From Camelus dromedarius (Eukaryota), in assembly GCF_036321535.1 (NCBI RefSeq), contig NC_087437.1, positions 26,228,001 to 26,292,000 on the forward strand: a DNA stretch of 64,000 nucleotides, written 5' to 3'. Both the position numbers and the translations under genes were made by a program. Below are positions 62,161 to 64,000 of this stretch, piece by piece. The notes beneath the pieces are model-generated. The model was not told where the DNA came from and searched no databases. It worked only from the letters and a program-made list of their open reading frames with translations. Numbering within the stretch: position 1 is the stretch's first letter; each line of letters opens with the position of its first letter.

Positions 62161-62879
62161 TTCCATTCACATGTGTCAGGCAGGGGTGTGCTCCGTGGGT
62201 GATTCTGGTGCTGTCTCTCTGAGAAGCACTGACTCAGCTCCCTGCCTCCTCTGGCGTAAAGTAAGTTACAAACAAAAGTCAATTACCTCCTCTCCTCATC
62301 TAGCCCCACTTCTTGATCCCATCCCCACTCCACACCCCATCCCATACACAAAATCCACTCAGCTAGGAGCTACCAGCCAGATTTCCAAAATCAGAAAGCA
62401 GACCCTCCTCAGAAGGGGCTGGGGATCTTCTGCCCAAGATGCTGAAGCAAAAGGGATTCGGTGGTGGGCATTCCTATTTAGGTTTTTTAACAAAAAAAAA
62501 ATCGACTCTCAGTTCTTATTTTAAATTTTAAAAACTGACTTGCAATTCCAGATCCAGTCTGTCATTCAGAGCCATAACCAATCAAAATTAACTAATCCTA
62601 CTACCAAGGTCCCTGCAATCTGATTTTGGTCAGGTAGACAGAGTGCATAAGTGTGGAGAGAGAGGCAAGAACGAACTTGTACTGAAAGTCTACTATGAAG
62701 CCAGATACTTCAAGTATGTTATCTAATCTTTCAAAATACATGAAATAGGTATTACTATCCTCATTTTACAGACAAGGACACTGAGGCAGCAGGCAATTTC
62801 TATGAATGAGAAAAGGCTCTTTATGAAAACAACTACACTGTCAGAGGCATCCAAAGGTAAACTGAAAAGACCAGCCAGA

Positions 62880-64000
62880 GGCAATTCTTTCTTAAGAAAA
62901 ATAAATTTAAAACCAACTTTTTAAATAAATATTTTCTAATTGAAAAGGCTTTGAAAAATTCACCTCCCACAAACATTTCTTAAGAAGTTACTCAAGAATG
63001 TACCCCAGCAAAATGAGGGCATAATCCAAAAAAGAGGAAGACATGAGAAAAGGAAACAGAACTCTAGCCACAGAGAGAAATAAAGTCAGTCCTAGGATGA
63101 CAACTCTGTTGTAGGCCTAGAGAGCAATCAGAATGGCACAGAGAAGATGAAGGAATCTGGACACAAAAGCTTGGGGAAAGGAGACTTGATAGAACTGAGG
63201 GGATTGAGAGCCTAGAAAATTTTGAAATCATAATAAAGATAAATAATATATAAACATATAAGAAGGCAGTTAGCAACACTAGAAAAAAATGTTTAAGAGA
63301 GTCAAGGTCCAGATATGAGGAAATTAAAGGTGATACAATTTTGAACAACTGATAAAGAGTGGAAAGAAAGGATCTATTTCACTTTGGTGCTGAATACAGT
63401 GCTGGATATATTCTCCTTTGAGTGGCCCAGGAGTCTTGACACCAAATCCAGTGTGTAAGTCTAGGATCCAATCTCAATACACAAGGCAAAAATTATATTT
63501 AGAATTTTAATAATATAAGTGTTGCCTATGGACTTTCAACTTTAAAAATAATTTATGAATAAAAAAGTCCATTCTGGGGCAAGCGCAAAATCTTTATGGG
63601 GTCAGGGCTTCAGAATTTAAAGCGTTACTGACAAAAAGCAAACTGTAGAACTGATAGCCACCCAAACCTCCTGGACTTACCAAAAGTTACCAGAAGTAAA
63701 AAAAGGTGGCCTAATATACAAACCAAAAATAATATAAATATCAAATTTGGGAGAGGAAGGGAAAAAACAGTTTAAGGAGCTACATTTCTCACTTTCTTAT
63801 CAGAAGGTGTAAGTTGATAAATCAAAAGTTGTGGTAAAAGCACATTACTTAGGGTTAAAGGGTGACAATCTAAGAATTAAACACAGGAATAGTAAAAAAA
63901 AAAAAAATCAAAAGTTTCCCACTGTGAGCCTTGAGAAGGTGAAGGAAACCCCTGTTTTCAACAGAAGTAATTCTGTGTTACTGGATTTGTTACCAAGTGT
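62880..64000 (+). mobile_element. HAL1-like (half-L1) element, degraded
   Basis: 'aaaatgagggcataatccaaaaaagaggaagacatg...gtcctaggatgacaactctgttgtaggcctagagagcaatcag' matches recalled HAL1. The 3' boundary is uncertain. Confidence 0.6.

Noticed and set aside
1..64000. Endogenous non-retroviral virus, NUMT, processed pseudogene or novel gene cluster
   Set aside because: No ORF or stretch resembles such elements by eye. A BLASTX/nhmmer search of the repeat-masked window would be needed to exclude highly decayed copies.

Overview
Mammalian nuclear DNA, almost certainly camelid: nine copies of a tRNA-derived SINE match the Vic-1 family as I recall it. The window reads as intronic or intergenic. 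I recognise no protein-coding gene, RNA gene, CRISPR array or novel multi-gene system, and most ORFs in the track are chance or repeat-derived. It is a mosaic of young insertions (Vic-1 SINEs and a 5'-truncated L1, several with target-site duplications, plus a MER41-like ERV1 LTR) and ancient repeats (MIR, L2, L1M, HAL1, MaLR, hAT MITEs). There is a small CpG-rich AP-1 cluster at about 3.0-3.5 kb. An unusual ~840 bp compound minisatellite lies at 39.7-40.5 kb. Element orientation bias and several well-formed minus-strand splice-site pairs suggest a large unidentified minus-strand gene. Repeat family names come from recalled consensus sequences, and old-repeat boundaries are approximate.
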